Below are positions 25,231-39,629 of a DNA stretch of 64,000 nucleotides, one piece after another. Source of the DNA: Phoronis australis. Taxonomy: Eukaryota; Animalia; Phoronida. The notes beneath the pieces are model-generated. The model had not been told where the DNA came from, did not search any database, and worked only from the letters and a program-made list of their open reading frames with translations. Numbering within the stretch: position 1 is the first letter of the stretch; each line of letters starts with the position of its first letter. The translations under genes and the position numbers were made by a program. The stretch spans positions 768,868 through 832,867 of the forward strand of contig NMRA01000147.1 of NCBI GenBank assembly GCA_002633005.1. Reading direction: 5' to 3'.

Positions 25231-28200
25231 TCGCGGCTGTGCGGTGGTAAGTTAGGTGCAGTGGAACCGTTGTCCATTTCGACTTACGCACGACTCTGTT
25301 CGGAGATACGCAGACCACCTTGTGTTTCAGATATAGTCAACCCCAACTGCGCCACGTGACTGTCAGTTTCCAACTGACGGCCGCGATACTATACGTCGAC
25401 CGCCGGGCTACTAATTATCGTTTCACTGTGAGAAAATTACAAATCTATAACAAAATTTCATTATATTTTTATTTAACTGAGACACACAAAATAATTTATT
25501 TAAACTATGCTTTTGTTCTGTCATTATAGAGCTCTGTTGTCAATCAGTTTTCTTCGCTCAGATAAGTAGGTATATTTCTTTATTGATGGAGTCCGAGTAT
25601 TTTAAGTAAATATATGTAAACGACTATCTTCTGTGTTGAAATCGATCGTGGATCGAGATATTACTGAGGAAAAAATAATAGCTACGGGTATCAGTAGTGA
25701 CGGACTCGAAGTTGAGGAGAACACCGGCAACTATCTGCAACTTGAGTTCTAATATTGCGCTGAGTGCAAGTGAGGGCGTAAAACACAACAGCTGATTCGG
25801 GTGTTTTTTTTTTCATGGATCAGCGTGATGCACTCGCTGATGGTCGGTAGCCAGCAGGCTAGGGAACCAGCGAGCGTGATGCACAGACGAGCACGTATCA
25901 TCGTTTTCATCAACATCGTGGAATTCACGTTCCTGGGGGGCTGAAAATTCGTCCAGAACCCAGAGCGACCGCAACTCGCAAGAGGAAGTTTTGCAACGTT
26001 TATTGTCGGCGTTATGTAAAAATGTTTTGCTAAGCAATACGCGACTGACCAGGGCGACGGCCATCGAGGTAACTCGGTTATTTTTGACTGCGATTTGCAC
26101 TTCGGAAGATTACGATACCCACCCCTCTAGAGAATGGACAAAAAGGACAATGCCCGAAGTAGTAACTGTACTTCCAGAAAAGCAATAAAATAGTAGCTCG
26201 CGGTTGACATGACAACGGAAGAAGGTAGCCACTGACAACAACCACACAAGACCAACGGCAAAATCCATTATGTAACACGACTGAATGATTTTCATAGATA
26301 ACAATACAGACATTTTGGACGTAGAAGTCAATTTTAACTAGTCTGTTTTATTCCCACAATTATCGACTAACTATGTCGGTACGTAATCTATAAATTACAC
26401 CACAAATAATTAGATATAGATAATGAGGTGTCACACCTCCACGCCGTAGTGAAGTACATTTTATAGATGTAGAAATCAATAGTCTGTTTCTGGTGTCTGA
26501 GATTCTCTTTCACTATTTCATCAGGTCGGAGGGAAATATACAGAAAACCTAGAACACTAACAATTATTCTTTAACCGACCAGTATCTCTAAATTATAACG
26601 GCTTGGGATCTAATTTATGCTTACAAAATAACTTATGTTCAAGTATCTTACAATTTATAATTAGAACTCGTGGACAAATACATTTTCATATTAAACTATA
26701 TCGATATCTTACATGACGTATGAGTTTGGAATTAATTAAAGGCATAAATCATTTAAACAGGTGTATTGCCGTGGTCTATTTCACTGGACACGCTAAAGAC
26801 GGGTCGTTATTAGTCCGGATATAGATCAACTCGTGCTGTACGTTCGTGGTGCGCACAGAATCTCATCTAGGGTAGCACAGACGTTGTTGCGAACTTCAAC
26901 TTTTACAAAAATATCAAACACGATCAGTTTTCGGTTTAGCTAGAGATTTCTATACAAACCCAGGACGCATTAGCATTCGGCTGGCATTACATTGGGAAAT
27001 CTCCGCAATATAGCGGGAATAGTTGAAGGGACAAATATTTGAAACAATTACTCCCCGGTTTTCTAACATCTCAGTATCTCAGTAAACTCAGCGAATGGAA
27101 ATTCCTCGCAATTCTTTACTTTATGTTTAAACAAGGAGATAATGCAGATACAGTACTATTTGACGAAGCCGTATTCAAGAAGTCCTCCATTGTATATTTG
27201 TTTTAGTTCGCATGGCTTTTCCAGCAAACAGGTTGTTGTGTATCTAGGCATACAACCAAACCCACTGTTGTTGGCTCAGATGTATTCACTGTGCGCTGTG
27301 GTTCAAATGGTATAATGGTGTTTAACATAAACAACGCTATGTGCAAGCGGAAAATAAAAATCGACTTCACCGTTGCATAAAAAGAACCGCGCGAGATACA
27401 TGGCTAATCTTTTTTTCTTTACTGTTTAAAGAGAGTTGATCTACTGGCCCAGTCATGTCAGTACCGGAAATGATCTATACTGACGTATTATATGGCGTCG
27501 CGAGGGGACAGTCTCAATTTGAAATGAAATGTTCACGGCACGTTTTATAAAACGAGTTCCACGACCCTGTCCCCCATCCACGTATAATATCTCAATCCTT
27601 AATTATCTAATCTATACACCTAGTTCTCTGTCTATAGCCATCCATCCATCCATCTTCTCATCCGTTCGTCGACCCACTTATTTTAGTCGGAAAACCATTC
27701 ACCATTTACCCGTCCACTCAAGTAGCTAACTATCGCTAAAATATTAGTGAGTATTGTTTGAATGTAAAGGCACGGGTCTCTTGCTTTCTGAAAATGATCA
27801 CAGAACGCAAACGTAAGCAACTTGAAAACTTGAAATAAGCCCGATTAAGGGCACCACATAAGCAATTCCACGTTTTACTTTATCCACCAGATTTTGTTGC
27901 TAGTTGTACCCGTCAGAATGCAGTAGTAACCTTACCTGAGAGTTTTCAACAAGGTTCCAGTACTAAGGTTTTTAGCAGGGGAACCATTCATGTTACTGAT
28001 CACCATTCAGTCTTGAACCTGAAATAGAACAATCATCACGAAAATAATTACCTCAACGTCGGCATTCCTGCCAAAACACTGAAGGCAGACATCGAATGCT
28101 GTAAGCCTGGTTTCGCTGACATTTTGACGAAATACTCCGAGCAGTCAGTATGTTACCACAGTCCTGGTTGAGGACATTTGCAGCAAAGTAACGGATCGAG

Positions 28201-31200
28201 TTGCGGATTTTGTTTGCGAAAGCCGCAACAACGGTGGGATTAGCCTTAAAACTTCCTCGAGTGTCCCTTGGTCTTTCGTTTAAATATTTGGCTTAGGAAT
28301 TATTCATTGTCAGGACTCGGAGTTATACTCTCACTGCAAGGATAAATGTCAAAAGTTTCCCGGACAACACGTCAAATAAGTTACGCAATTAAGTGGATTA
28401 AATTAGGAAAGCAAATATTATAAAAGTGACAGTGACAGACACTTTGTGCTTATTAAAACTGATTGGTTTCAAACTATTATCTTTTATCAATTAGTTATGC
28501 GGTTCAGATATTATAAATTAGACTGAAGATAGATAATCAGCGGGAAACAAAATACAAAACAAAGCTCAAATGTAACAACACACATGTACAAGAAATCCTA
28601 CTTTAAGAATACGGCGACTGAAATAAAAATCTACGTGTTAAGACAACGACAAACCTTTATCTTAAATTCTAAACAGAATTCGATTTGCTTATATTACACA
28701 CACTTGCCCTTTACAAGACCGTGAGAGTGACCTGATGAAAATTCATTGGGAGCCAGAATGATCGTTGAAGACCTTTTTTCGTTTCCGATATCATCAATGA
28801 TTTTTGGTTGCTGAGACTGTTTATACGTCGAAAATCAATTTGATCGATTTACATGGAACCACTGCATAATTGATTTAAGGTGAACTAGTGCAACCCAGAG
28901 GGTTTACAACTCAGACGTACTTTCATAGAAGAGATAAACAAGGCGTGCGCTTTGAAGGGGAACTTTTTTCATTACCAGTTTCCCAACTACATGAAGAGAT
29001 GCCTTTCTGACAAAATTCTCTACGAACCAGTGCCTTTTCAGACACACTACCCTTCAAGGAGGTTCACTTTGGCAGTCTGGAAACTCTGTGAAGGATTCTT
29101 TTTCTCCACTCTACGCAAAACTAAAGGACTTTCAATAGTGTCTGTATTGTAAAAAGTTATGTTGCAAATAATTCACTCGTTGTCGACAGCATGATGGTTT
29201 TCTTTCGCTGTTTCTGGCTTACTGGATTAGAAATTGAACTGTCCAAGATTTCTTACGAAAAGATTAAGTTTACGAAATTAACTTCTACAACCTGAGGAAC
29301 TAAACCCCAAGGAAGGACAACTTTTGTTATGGAGGCCTACTTTTAGAGTTCACTCTCTGTCAAAAATACAGTCCTAAGTACAGTCACTGAGTCAGTGAAG
29401 TATTATAGTTTTACTTGAATTATCATGATGGTCGTCTGGGGGCTGTCTCCCTCTCTGGTCCGCAAAAACAGCGTGAAATGTTTTGCTTTGTCTATGTTTC
29501 GAGTTGGCTAGCGCATATTACCGTGCTCTGTGATTTGTGCTCCAAATCATTTCGGTCCCGTTTAACTTAAAAGTTTTCACGGTCACGCTACGGTGAAAGA
29601 TGTTCGTTGCGTGTCTGAAACGAATGTCCTGTCGAGAGTAAACACGAAGCGTCTTTGTATGTGTCTGAAAGATCTTTCTATTGAAATCCACACGAGTCCC
29701 ACTAATGGTAGCCTACCCTATTTATTTCCGTTGTGATAAATTAAAGAAAGAGTCCATTGGAAATGAAAGGTAGGCAATATCCTCGAGACACGGTGTGTTA
29801 CGGCATCTCTTTTAATAAACTGATTAAAAAGGTGTTAAACCACTAAACCACACTATTTCTTGCCATTTTGTGTCTGCTCTTGTGCCTCACGAGGACTATT
29901 TCCTCTGAAAACGAACAAAATTGTGCCATTCTGAATGACGAACTCGATATGTTCCCGCATTCTGACGCAATTTAAAGAAACATTTGTAATACCCCATACG
30001 AAAAGATTGAATGGATTACACTTTGCCAATTCAAAAACTCTGTCGAAATTTTACCAGAATTATAGCAATAACACTCTTATAGTTTTGCTTGTTTTTTTAC
30101 GTTACTGCACATAACTAACAATAACAAATTTCAGAGGATACCGATGGCCACCAAAAACTTTAAGAAGTATTTAACCCGTGGTTTCCGTCAAAAACAAATT
30201 GTGATCACTTACCGTCATAAAATTGGTATAAGGTGATTTCAGAGTTTAGAAAGAACTTCCGGTTCGTTATTGCTTGAAACAAGTTTGGTGTAAATTGAGG
30301 AAATAACAAATTGACATTTATTCACAATCCCACTAGAGGTCACTTCTAAACTGGGTAAAGAGCAAGATAAGACCTCCAATTTTATAACGAAAGTGGCCTG
30401 AATCAAAACCATGTTTAACGGAACGCATGTAGGGTTTATGCCACTTTTTTACTCCTTTGGGCCGACTTAATACGAAGTTCGAAATTGGAACACTACCGTC
30501 GCAGCGAGAAATTTATAGCATCAAAGTGCGCCTGTGTCCCTTGAGCCCGAATTTAATCAGAATGTAGCGAGGTATATCGATCTCTTAAGGTTGTAATATT
30601 TACAGCCGCGTTTTGTCAACCAGTGTGTCGTCCTTGGTTTAACTCTCTGTGGATTTAATATTTTGCGAAGAAAACACCTGCATCTGCTTTCCCTACAACT
30701 CGTATTTCAGTATTATATTTCATCGATCCTGACAACTGATATGTCTCAACGCTTTTGGCTTACCTTACATATGGGTATACATGTGACGTGAGCTGTGATG
30801 TAGAATTTCCAGATGGTAAGATATTCCAAAGATCTCAGCTATCTAGCCGAGACGGTAGGCGAAATGACAGGGTTTCGATCGTGTTGAACAATACATGTTC
30901 TCCTTACTTCAAAAGACTACAGAAGACGTTGTCAATATTGATACTGGCTACCACGGGGCTTCCCTTTAGCAAACACTACGTATAATTTTTTCAATAGTTG
31001 TACAGTAGCCGCTTTGTTACAATAGGAATTTCTCAGCTGCTGTCTTAGACAACAATACCGTCAAATTATTGCATTATGCACTATAGATTCACGGCATCCT
31101 GGCAGGTACTAATTAACCGTACGCCGCCTTCAGGCAGGCTTTGAAATGACCGTGTTGAACGGACGTTGAATCGTTGCCTCGCAATCCTACCTCAGTGTCA

Positions 31201-33509
31201 TAACGTTCGAGTTGATAATGGAACATCATTTAGAGTCGCTAGTTATGGGACAAGCACTTCACTATGAAAAAAATATATACATAAAAATACAATGTTATAA
31301 TTAAGGATAATCATAAAATATAAATTGAATATTCTGGTTATGTGTGTTCTGTCTTATTTGTCAAAACGCGTGTTCTTGTATTGTTGAGTAAGTCAACGGA
31401 AGCATTACCAAATTAAACAACATCTAACAATAAGAGTAATTAATATATGTTTTAAAGACGGCAACTTGAAACAGAATTGCAACAAAACTGTTTAATACTC
31501 TAAATGGCTTGTACATGTAGGTTACTAAGATATATTGCGAACACAACAATTAAGATTTTGCATTTTGCTGGACCCAGTTAGGCGAATAAGATGATCAAAA
31601 TTCAAACTAGGCCGAATTTTGTGTATGCTATACATCGAAACGAATCACAATCTTTTATTCGGATAACAAAAAAATCCTCTAATCCACGTGTACTTGAATT
31701 CTCTAACAATGAATCGCAGTAAAAATTAGCCAATTCCCCCAGAAAAGTCTGAAACAATGCCCGGATGACCTCGCCTCCAACTCGGGTAACGCATGCGCAC
31801 TTCCTCAGTCATCTCTTCTATGGTCAGCACAGCTTGTAATCTGGCTTGACGTGTTGGACAAATTGCGTGATCACAAAGACCTGCACTGGTACTTTGTGAG
31901 TCAGTAAAGAAAAGACGAGAGAAAGATTAAAAAAAGAAGAACGTGCCAAGGTGACGACGGTGTCATAGATCGAAAAGTACCGGGAACGCTCACCGGAGAA
32001 AGCTCGATTTTCAAACAAACACTGAACTTGCCAAAGTTTTATTGAATCGGTGCGTTCACAAATTGAAAACGACGAGTTACTGATACTTAAAAAAGTAACC
32101 CAATCGATTGTCGAAGCTAGCGACATTTTAGTTTCTGCTTTCTTTGGCTTTGTTTTGCCAAATCTCGGGTGCCTTTTACCTCCCCCTTTCTGCCATCCCT
32201 GTGTCAGTTGTTCGATCACAATTTAGGCACCATGATCACCATATGAATGTTTGACATGACGTCATCATGCAGCTAACTGGCTGGATAGCAAGCGACATGC
32301 ACAATTCGACATACTGTATTTTTTATGCACTTTGCATTGGATAAAAATAAGTTACTCTTTATGGTGAATATTTAGTAGCTGTGGGCGTGAGACCACCTAG
32401 TTTTGTCCAAGCTTATTCCGTGGAGTAGTAATAGACTTGTTTTTTGAAAAAATGAAAAATTGATAAAAAAACTCGTACAATCTTGTATAGTTTCAAATCA
32501 ATTCAAAACCAATAAAAAGTGGTAAAAAACGGTTCATCAGAATCTTAGTCAAACGTCACTAAAGCTGAAGGGCAGTTTGCTTCCCGTATTATAATGGCCA
32601 CCTGATCAGTACAGTCATATATTATCAGGTAATTATTTTCTTAAACCGAAATGATCTTAGTTGACTCCCTTGCACTGTACTTACGTGAACCTTAATTAAC
32701 AAATCTTAATCAAAATTTATACCCCTGTCATCTTCCGTAATCCACCTGACTTACAACTTTTTGATTTGTTTCATACTAATAAGTTGTTTGGGACTTTTTG
32801 GTGCACGTGTAATCAAGTATGAAGCGCCCATGGACACAGAAACAATTGCACCAGTAAATGCACTTATTCTACACGCAAAATAGTTTGCTCTTGGGATACA
32901 ATTGAGCAGTGTATGTTAAATGAAGATGTTGGTCCAATCAGAACTTGTATAATTACTATTTTAGATTAATCAAAGATGTCTTCGGTTGTCATTCATGACA
33001 AAGGATGATGAAATTAGACTAAAAGACATGAAATTGAATAAAGAAATGGTATTAAATAGTGAGAGTATTTATAGTCAATGAAAATGAATTTTCGGCATCA
33101 CTTTTTGTCTGTTAGCAAGACACAATATAACTATCGCTGCAAATGTTTCCTCTGTGGATGCACCGCACGGATAACAGTGAATTTAATACATTTGCGAAGT
33201 AAAAAACAGATAGGAAAATCAAAATTAGGTGAGACCTTTGGAAATGTCTAAAAATTGGAACAACTTATCTCAGGAATGGCAGTTTTCAAATTCCGTACTC
33301 AATGCATTGTTCTCCAAGACGCGTTTAGGAATTCCTTTCAAAATGTCCCGCGTTGGCATGAGGGGATATCAAAGCTAGGATCCTTCAAAACTTTATGCGA
33401 AAACCAAAAGTTGCTTTGAATGTACCGTTCTTCTTGTTAACTTCAATAAATGATATGAACACGTGTCCCAGTCAATGGCGGGAATTGGTATCACGTCAAA
33501 AATCTACAA

Positions 33510-33693
33510 GATTTTAGTACTATCAGAAAAATAAAATTCTTCTAAATCGTTAAATTCTCTAGTTTGAACACACTTGGATAAATGCACAGGCTTGTCGATA
33601 TGGTCCCATACTTTTAGTACTATCAGAAAATAATACTTGTAAATCTTTAAACTCTCTAGTTTTGAACACACAGGCTCGTCGATATGGTCCCAT
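33510..33693. repeat. About 100-bp imperfect tandem duplication
   Basis: ttttagtactatcagaaaa...cacaggct.gtcgatatggtcccatac occurs twice. Confidence 0.75.
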
Positions 33694-34029
33694 ACAACAT
33701 AAACGATTTTTTGTTTTACATGTTGTTTAGTGGTAAGCGCTAGGGTAGTAATAAACTTAAAAAACATCAAAGTTGTGGCAGATGTCACTGCAGTATTTTA
33801 AAAACCTGTACATTTAAAGCAGCGTGTTGACAACTAAAGCGCACATCATGCGAATAATTGGACATAAATCATTATTTTTAATAGTGGAGGGACAAGTCAG
33901 ATCATTAAAAATCGATGCTCGTCACGATGAACGATTCGCTCGAGCAGTTTGATGAAAAATTTGTTTCTTGTAGTTGACTACGTTGGCCCGTACCTTTTCG
34001 CCTTTTCTTAGGCTCGCCGTTCCAGCCGC

Positions 34030-34289
34030 CAGGGGAGCTCGAACAAGCCCCCCATTTGGCGAAGTGGGAAAAAAGGTCCGCCTCAGAGAAACAAAAAGTC
34101 CGCCAAGTAGAAAACGACACAAAAGTCCACTAAAAAGGCAGGAACTACCGAAATTCGGCGAATGCACAATTCATAGCTCTGAACATACCTCGTTTTTTTC
34201 TTTTATTTATTTTTTCTTCTTTTTTTAATAAAAGCTCCACATTCTCAAAAAATTCGAGCCCCCCATTGCTTAGGCTGCGTGCGTGCACG
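34030..34289 (+). mobile_element. Degenerate copy of the CATGCGCGCACCCAG-TIR MITE family
   Basis: Core ccccatttggcgaagtgggaaaaaaggtccgcctcagagaaac...aaaattcgagcccc shared with 62168-62409. Confidence 0.7.
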
Positions 34290-36519
34290 GTACCGATTCC
34301 GTAACAAATAAGATACTAACCTGTTTAATGTTATCTACAGTCTATTCAACTGGGAGTCTACCAGGTTCTTAAGAGTTCGCCCCCAGTCGTGTTCTATGAT
34401 TCCGGTGCTCAGCTTTTGCAATCATGCTGCTCTTTTGTAATAAATAAGACACCGATGATTTGAAAAAGAAGAATGATTCGGTAAACGCTATTAACATCCT
34501 GATCCATCCCAGGCCCGTCAGTATGAATGCCCGTACTTAACAAAGTCTTTGATCCTCTTGTCTGACAAAATGTGCTTATATTCCAGTCACAATCCGCTTC
34601 TAAACCTCAGTCCCGGACCAATTAATACTGAAACCTAAACTCGACACACTCACCAAACCTGATGCATACCCCGGGTACGAAACTCAAGTCCCGAGCCATG
34701 GCAGCGGAACGGACCAAGGTTAGTAAATTTGACTAAAATATGCCTCGAATGCGACACCGTCCAACGGATCCTACTCTGATTGTACAACGCTTCCTGGTTC
34801 GCACTAAGTTTTTTGCACAGTTTTTGAGATGATGGTATTGGCGTGACAAAGCCCTTAATGATCAGTGAAAGGTGCATTCGAACAAGAGATAAAAGTTAAA
34901 GAGCAGAACTTTAATCCGTAGATTCACCCACGTTCTTATTGCACTCATGCTGATATAAATTAATTGGTGTATATAATGTTTCACTACAAACGAAGACAAC
35001 CCAAGTTAATAACAATTTTATTAAAACGACAGCAGGTGTAGAAATACCTGTTGACTATATCGTTTCAGTCAGTTATTGACGTACAGAAAATTCGCCAATC
35101 AGTATTGACTTGTGCACATGTATATTAAATATAAGTAGATGCAAGAGCCTTCACTTTGATTTATTGTCTTACAGCTATCAGTAAGTCTCCGTAGTAACGC
35201 GTAAGTATTGTCGTATAAACTTGTTTGACTGAAGCTGTTTAATGCAGTTTGATATAAACTTTGTTCACTATAAAGTGGTTTGTATTAAAACTATTTTAAC
35301 TATTTTGGAAAGAATTTATTAAAGTTACTTTGAACCCACATTTTGACAAAAAGTCTGAACTTTTGATTTGGTTCACTGGTCTCGACTTTTCCTTTCTCAA
35401 CTTAGAACTGATATTGGGCTTGTAAAAACTGACGATTTAGTTTGCAAGCCATGTTCGGTGCATGAAACGACTAGCCTGCTCAAACCAAATTACTAGTCCT
35501 GGTCCCGAACTATAGCAAATGGCCAGCCGTTCCTAAAATCACTCCTTATCTATGTAAGGAACCTGGTGAAACCGTAAGGGTGCGTACCGTTGACCCAAAA
35601 CACTCGTTAAGCACTCGCTGCGAGAAGTCTTCGCTCATGGAACGGAAGCAGTGAATTCTGTCACATAACTGAACATTGCAACTTCACCGACCAATCACTT
35701 CAGTGCCCGCCATTTTGCCAGGGCACTCTAGTGTGGTCCCGAGCATACTTGCGAAACACTGGTGTGATATTGCGTGAGTTCTTGCACGGTCTTACTTTTT
35801 CGCGACTCAGTGGCTTGCGTGTGCGGAACGTAACCCAGTTATATACGTCATTAATGGGCTATAAACTATTTTTTGATGTTTCTCGACACAAGCCAGATTC
35901 CTAGCACATTTAAAATACCCTTTCTCTGTTTTAGCCAGTTAATCATAAATTGAGTTTCTTAAATCACTAACTAGGGATATTTCTAAATAACAAACTGGTG
36001 AATAAGTGTTTGACTTTCATTTTTTAAGTTCTTTAAATATTGTATTACGTCTGAAGAAAATCATATGGGAATAAACTGTGACTAAAGCAGTACGGGTTTG
36101 TGAAGTTTTTAATTCGTCCAAACTTAAAAGGGAAGGAAATCTTCAGAAAAAGTAAAACATTCGTTTCACCGTCTTCACAATGCCCCTGTGATAAATACTT
36201 GTGAAATTTTGCCCTCGCCCAATAATACAATTGCGTCAACGTTCAAAGAAAATGCGTGCATGTTGTGCTCCTGTCTTACTATGAATAGTCAACATATAAC
36301 AGAAAATAAGCTCTACCGTGAACACCTAACCAATTTGTTTGTACAGCAACGCTTTGAGCCTTTTCCTTAAGGCTGTCTCAGTTAGTGACCTCCATTCTAA
36401 CTCGTATATAAAACAGACTTTGTCAACTAGTGAAAGTATATATTTTCTGAAAAAGATCGGTGATTATAAAATCAGTATGTTTTATGTTTATGTGGCATTA
36501 ATATTATTATTACATTAAC

Positions 36520-37450
36520 ACCAAAAATTTCATTTTTAAGAAAGGTAAATCCATACCATAATAACACCTGGGTCGATTTTAATAAAACCTTTTTAAATGA
36601 AAATTTCATCAGTTACCTCAAAAAGATTGTTACGAATTTTCGGTTAGTCTTTTACTTTCCTTCATATGACAAATCAACTCACAAAGCGTAAGATATTTTT
36701 GTAAGAAATAGCAGTCGTATTCGTTTTTGTTACATTACGCAAAAACAAGGTCTTTATATCGAAAATCCTCATACAGTTTTTGAGAGTGATGATTGAATAT
36801 TAACTTTGGAAAGTTTCAGGGAAATCCACCAAGCCGGTTTCGAGAATTCGTGCTCTTAAGTTGAAATTAAGTCGATTTACCGAAAAAGACGATTAACTTG
36901 CTTTCGGTCGATGATATTTATACATGCCCTAACCATGTTTGCTATTTCAACATTTCAACATTCACTCGCAAAGTTGACTGAATTTGCAGTGCTTAATAAA
37001 CTTAATTTTCGCTAAAACGGTGAATTTTGTTACCGTCTCCAGACCGACAGGCGGGGTTAACTGTTGACCTACTTAAAAGTAGGTTAACAGGTCTTTGTTA
37101 TATACACCACTTGCCGCGAGACTGATATGAAAACAAGTACGAAATGGACAATCGAATCAGTTTTAAAGCGCATCGTGAGCATAAGATCGAAAGAGCGAAA
37201 TGTCAAATTACGTATCAAATTAATGAATTTGGTTGAGAATTTATCTCTTTTCACAACTTGTGTTCGTGAGCGCAAGTCACAGAGGCGTGCGGCTACTCGG
37301 AGCGAGCATTCGTTCTCAACAGTCGTATGCATGCAGACGCACAAGTCCCTCAGGATCAAAACTGTGTTTTGTCTTCTTTTCCCTGGCATCTTTCTAACAT
37401 ATGGACATCACACATCGCCGACTCAATATTATGGCTACTCTGTGAATTAA
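36520..37450 (+). repeat. Dispersed repeat shared with about 12560-13490
   Basis: Colinear similarity with the copy at 12.6-13.5 kb; boundaries approximate. Confidence 0.6.
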
Positions 37451-37705
37451 TCGACTGAGGGTACATACGGAGCTGCTCTATGCCTGCCGGGAGATTCGAT
37501 TTGAGTGACAGACTTTTAACCTTTGACCTCGGATAAGTAGTAAACAAATATCCACACGGTTGAGCGGTCCCAAGGTGGTTCCGTTAAATCTTTTTTTCTT
37601 TTTCGCTGCAGGCATTTGAAGTTACCCTAGCATAAAGATAAAGCATTTTGCTCGACATATGTGAAATATTATAAAAACGGCCAATAAGGTTTGAGATATC
37701 CTTAA

Positions 37706-38205
37706 AGGGGCCTGAAACGCGATAAACAGGCGAAACTGCAATTGAAAGTGGTTCTCTGCCACTGAAACAGAATTCAAACCACTCACCAGGTATTTTAGCG
37801 TTTGTTCGTAAAGATTTTTAATTTCTGTAGATATCAAAGCATTTTCTTTTAGTTTCAAATTTTAAAAAATCGATCTGTTATCTGCTCGCCACTTCGTCGA
37901 TATTTCTCTCACAAGGCACGCTCCTTATTTGGTATGGCAAGACATAGACGTACCGCGTTTCCTTATACGGAAAATGTGACCTTTGACCTCAAGCGACTTC
38001 AAGCAACTGACTGTGTGCGCACGCACGCATTTATCATAAGCGATAGAGTTTTTCCTTCGCGTATTACAAAAATCGTGAATTTTGTGTTTTTTCTGGAAAT
38101 TTCTTCAGAGGTGAAGCGAATTACACTGTACTAGACGTTGCGAGATGGCACTATCGTCAGTTAGCTTAAAAGATATTTTGACGAGCTTTTGTGTTCCATG
38201 CCTCT
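37706..38205 (+). mobile_element. TTAA-flanked MITE, Kolobok-like
   Basis: TTAA|AGGGGCCTGAAAC...GTTCCATGCCTCT|TTAA; second copy at 47065-47487. Confidence 0.75.
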
Positions 38206-39629
38206 TTAAATTCCGAATGTGTCATGAGCCAAAACTAATATGGGTACCAGGTCCATTTTTCATTTTGTCAAAGGTTCTTTGTGTTGTAGTGTAATAATTG
38301 ACCTGTTAGTGATGACAAGAGTCGACTATCCTTCAAGTCTACTGAGCAGTGATATACAAGTATCGCAACAGGGGATTGTCAGAAATGAGCTCAAAATGTC
38401 AACTTTGCAGTTTTCGAATCATTTCATTTTTCATAAAATTGCAAATGTAAAATCAAATGCTAATACGACAGGAAATATGAAACAGTCAGAACTTTTAACG
38501 TTCAAAAGTCCAAAGACAAATTCAGAACTTTTAAAATATTTCTCCGTTGTGAGATTGTTTTTCTAGCAAGCAAGGTTTTCACATATTTATTGATTGCTCA
38601 ACCATCTGCGCGTTCCGTTTATATAAATATCAAAATAAATATCATTTCTCGGAAGACTTACCTAAGTTAATTATTGCTTAGTGAAGTTGCCAAATATGTT
38701 TTTATGCAAGTGAAGACTAATCAGATGTTTTTATATATTTATATGTGTATAAGTGTATACACTCATGTATTGTTTCTCCTAAATATATTTACGTAACGCA
38801 TACCCTGCTGTTGTGTTGGTTCAGTACCTGGGCAGACAGTAATGACATCTACTGTATATACAATGTACTACCATTTCTTTTCTCAGGGATCTAATTCTTT
38901 TCTCATGAGGTATTTTTCTACCTTTCTCATACATCACAATGCGGCTCTTGCGGACTCATTTCTTCTTGATCTCTTGCACATATTGTATGTTGCTATGATA
39001 AATATGAAACACGGTCATTAATAGTTCGTTCATTATAATAGTTCGTACGCCATCCTTGAAACACGGTATTTCTCTCTAATAATTCGTACCGCAGGTGTAC
39101 GAGGAAAAACAGTTTTAGACGTATCTGAGTCAGTAAAAATAATTCATGCACCCATTGCTAACTATTCGGATAATCGGCACCCGTAGTTTGTTATACGACC
39201 GAAGTAGCAACGAGTTCTTACGAAGCGTCCTTGGAGAGCACTCGAATGTCAGCGTATGTTGTAATCAATCGACATAACGAGCTGCAGGTCGTATTTTGAC
39301 CAGCTCGATGAAGTCACAACATGCAACGTAGAACTTCCAACGTATGCGAGACGAGTTTTTAGTGTTGTCAGATATCTGGCAAGCATAAAGCAACTTGTCG
39401 TTATTTGCTTGTTGCCAAATCCAATTTAAAGAACCTTCTTGTCATTGGCTAGTAAAAATGGGTTAATTTAGAGACGATCTTTGGCGCGTTTCATTGACTA
39501 AGGGTTTTCGGCTGCTTTTGCAAATTTCCAGATGGGCCAATGTAAGCTTCGGACCACGGCATCACAGAACAGCGATAATTCTATTAATTCTTAAACTATC
39601 AATTTGCCAAACTTCGTGGTGGAAAAGCA

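Noticed and set aside
31824-32219. 131-aa minus-strand ORF
   Set aside because: No recognisable motif; runs through pyrimidine-rich low-complexity sequence; no consistent splice partners.
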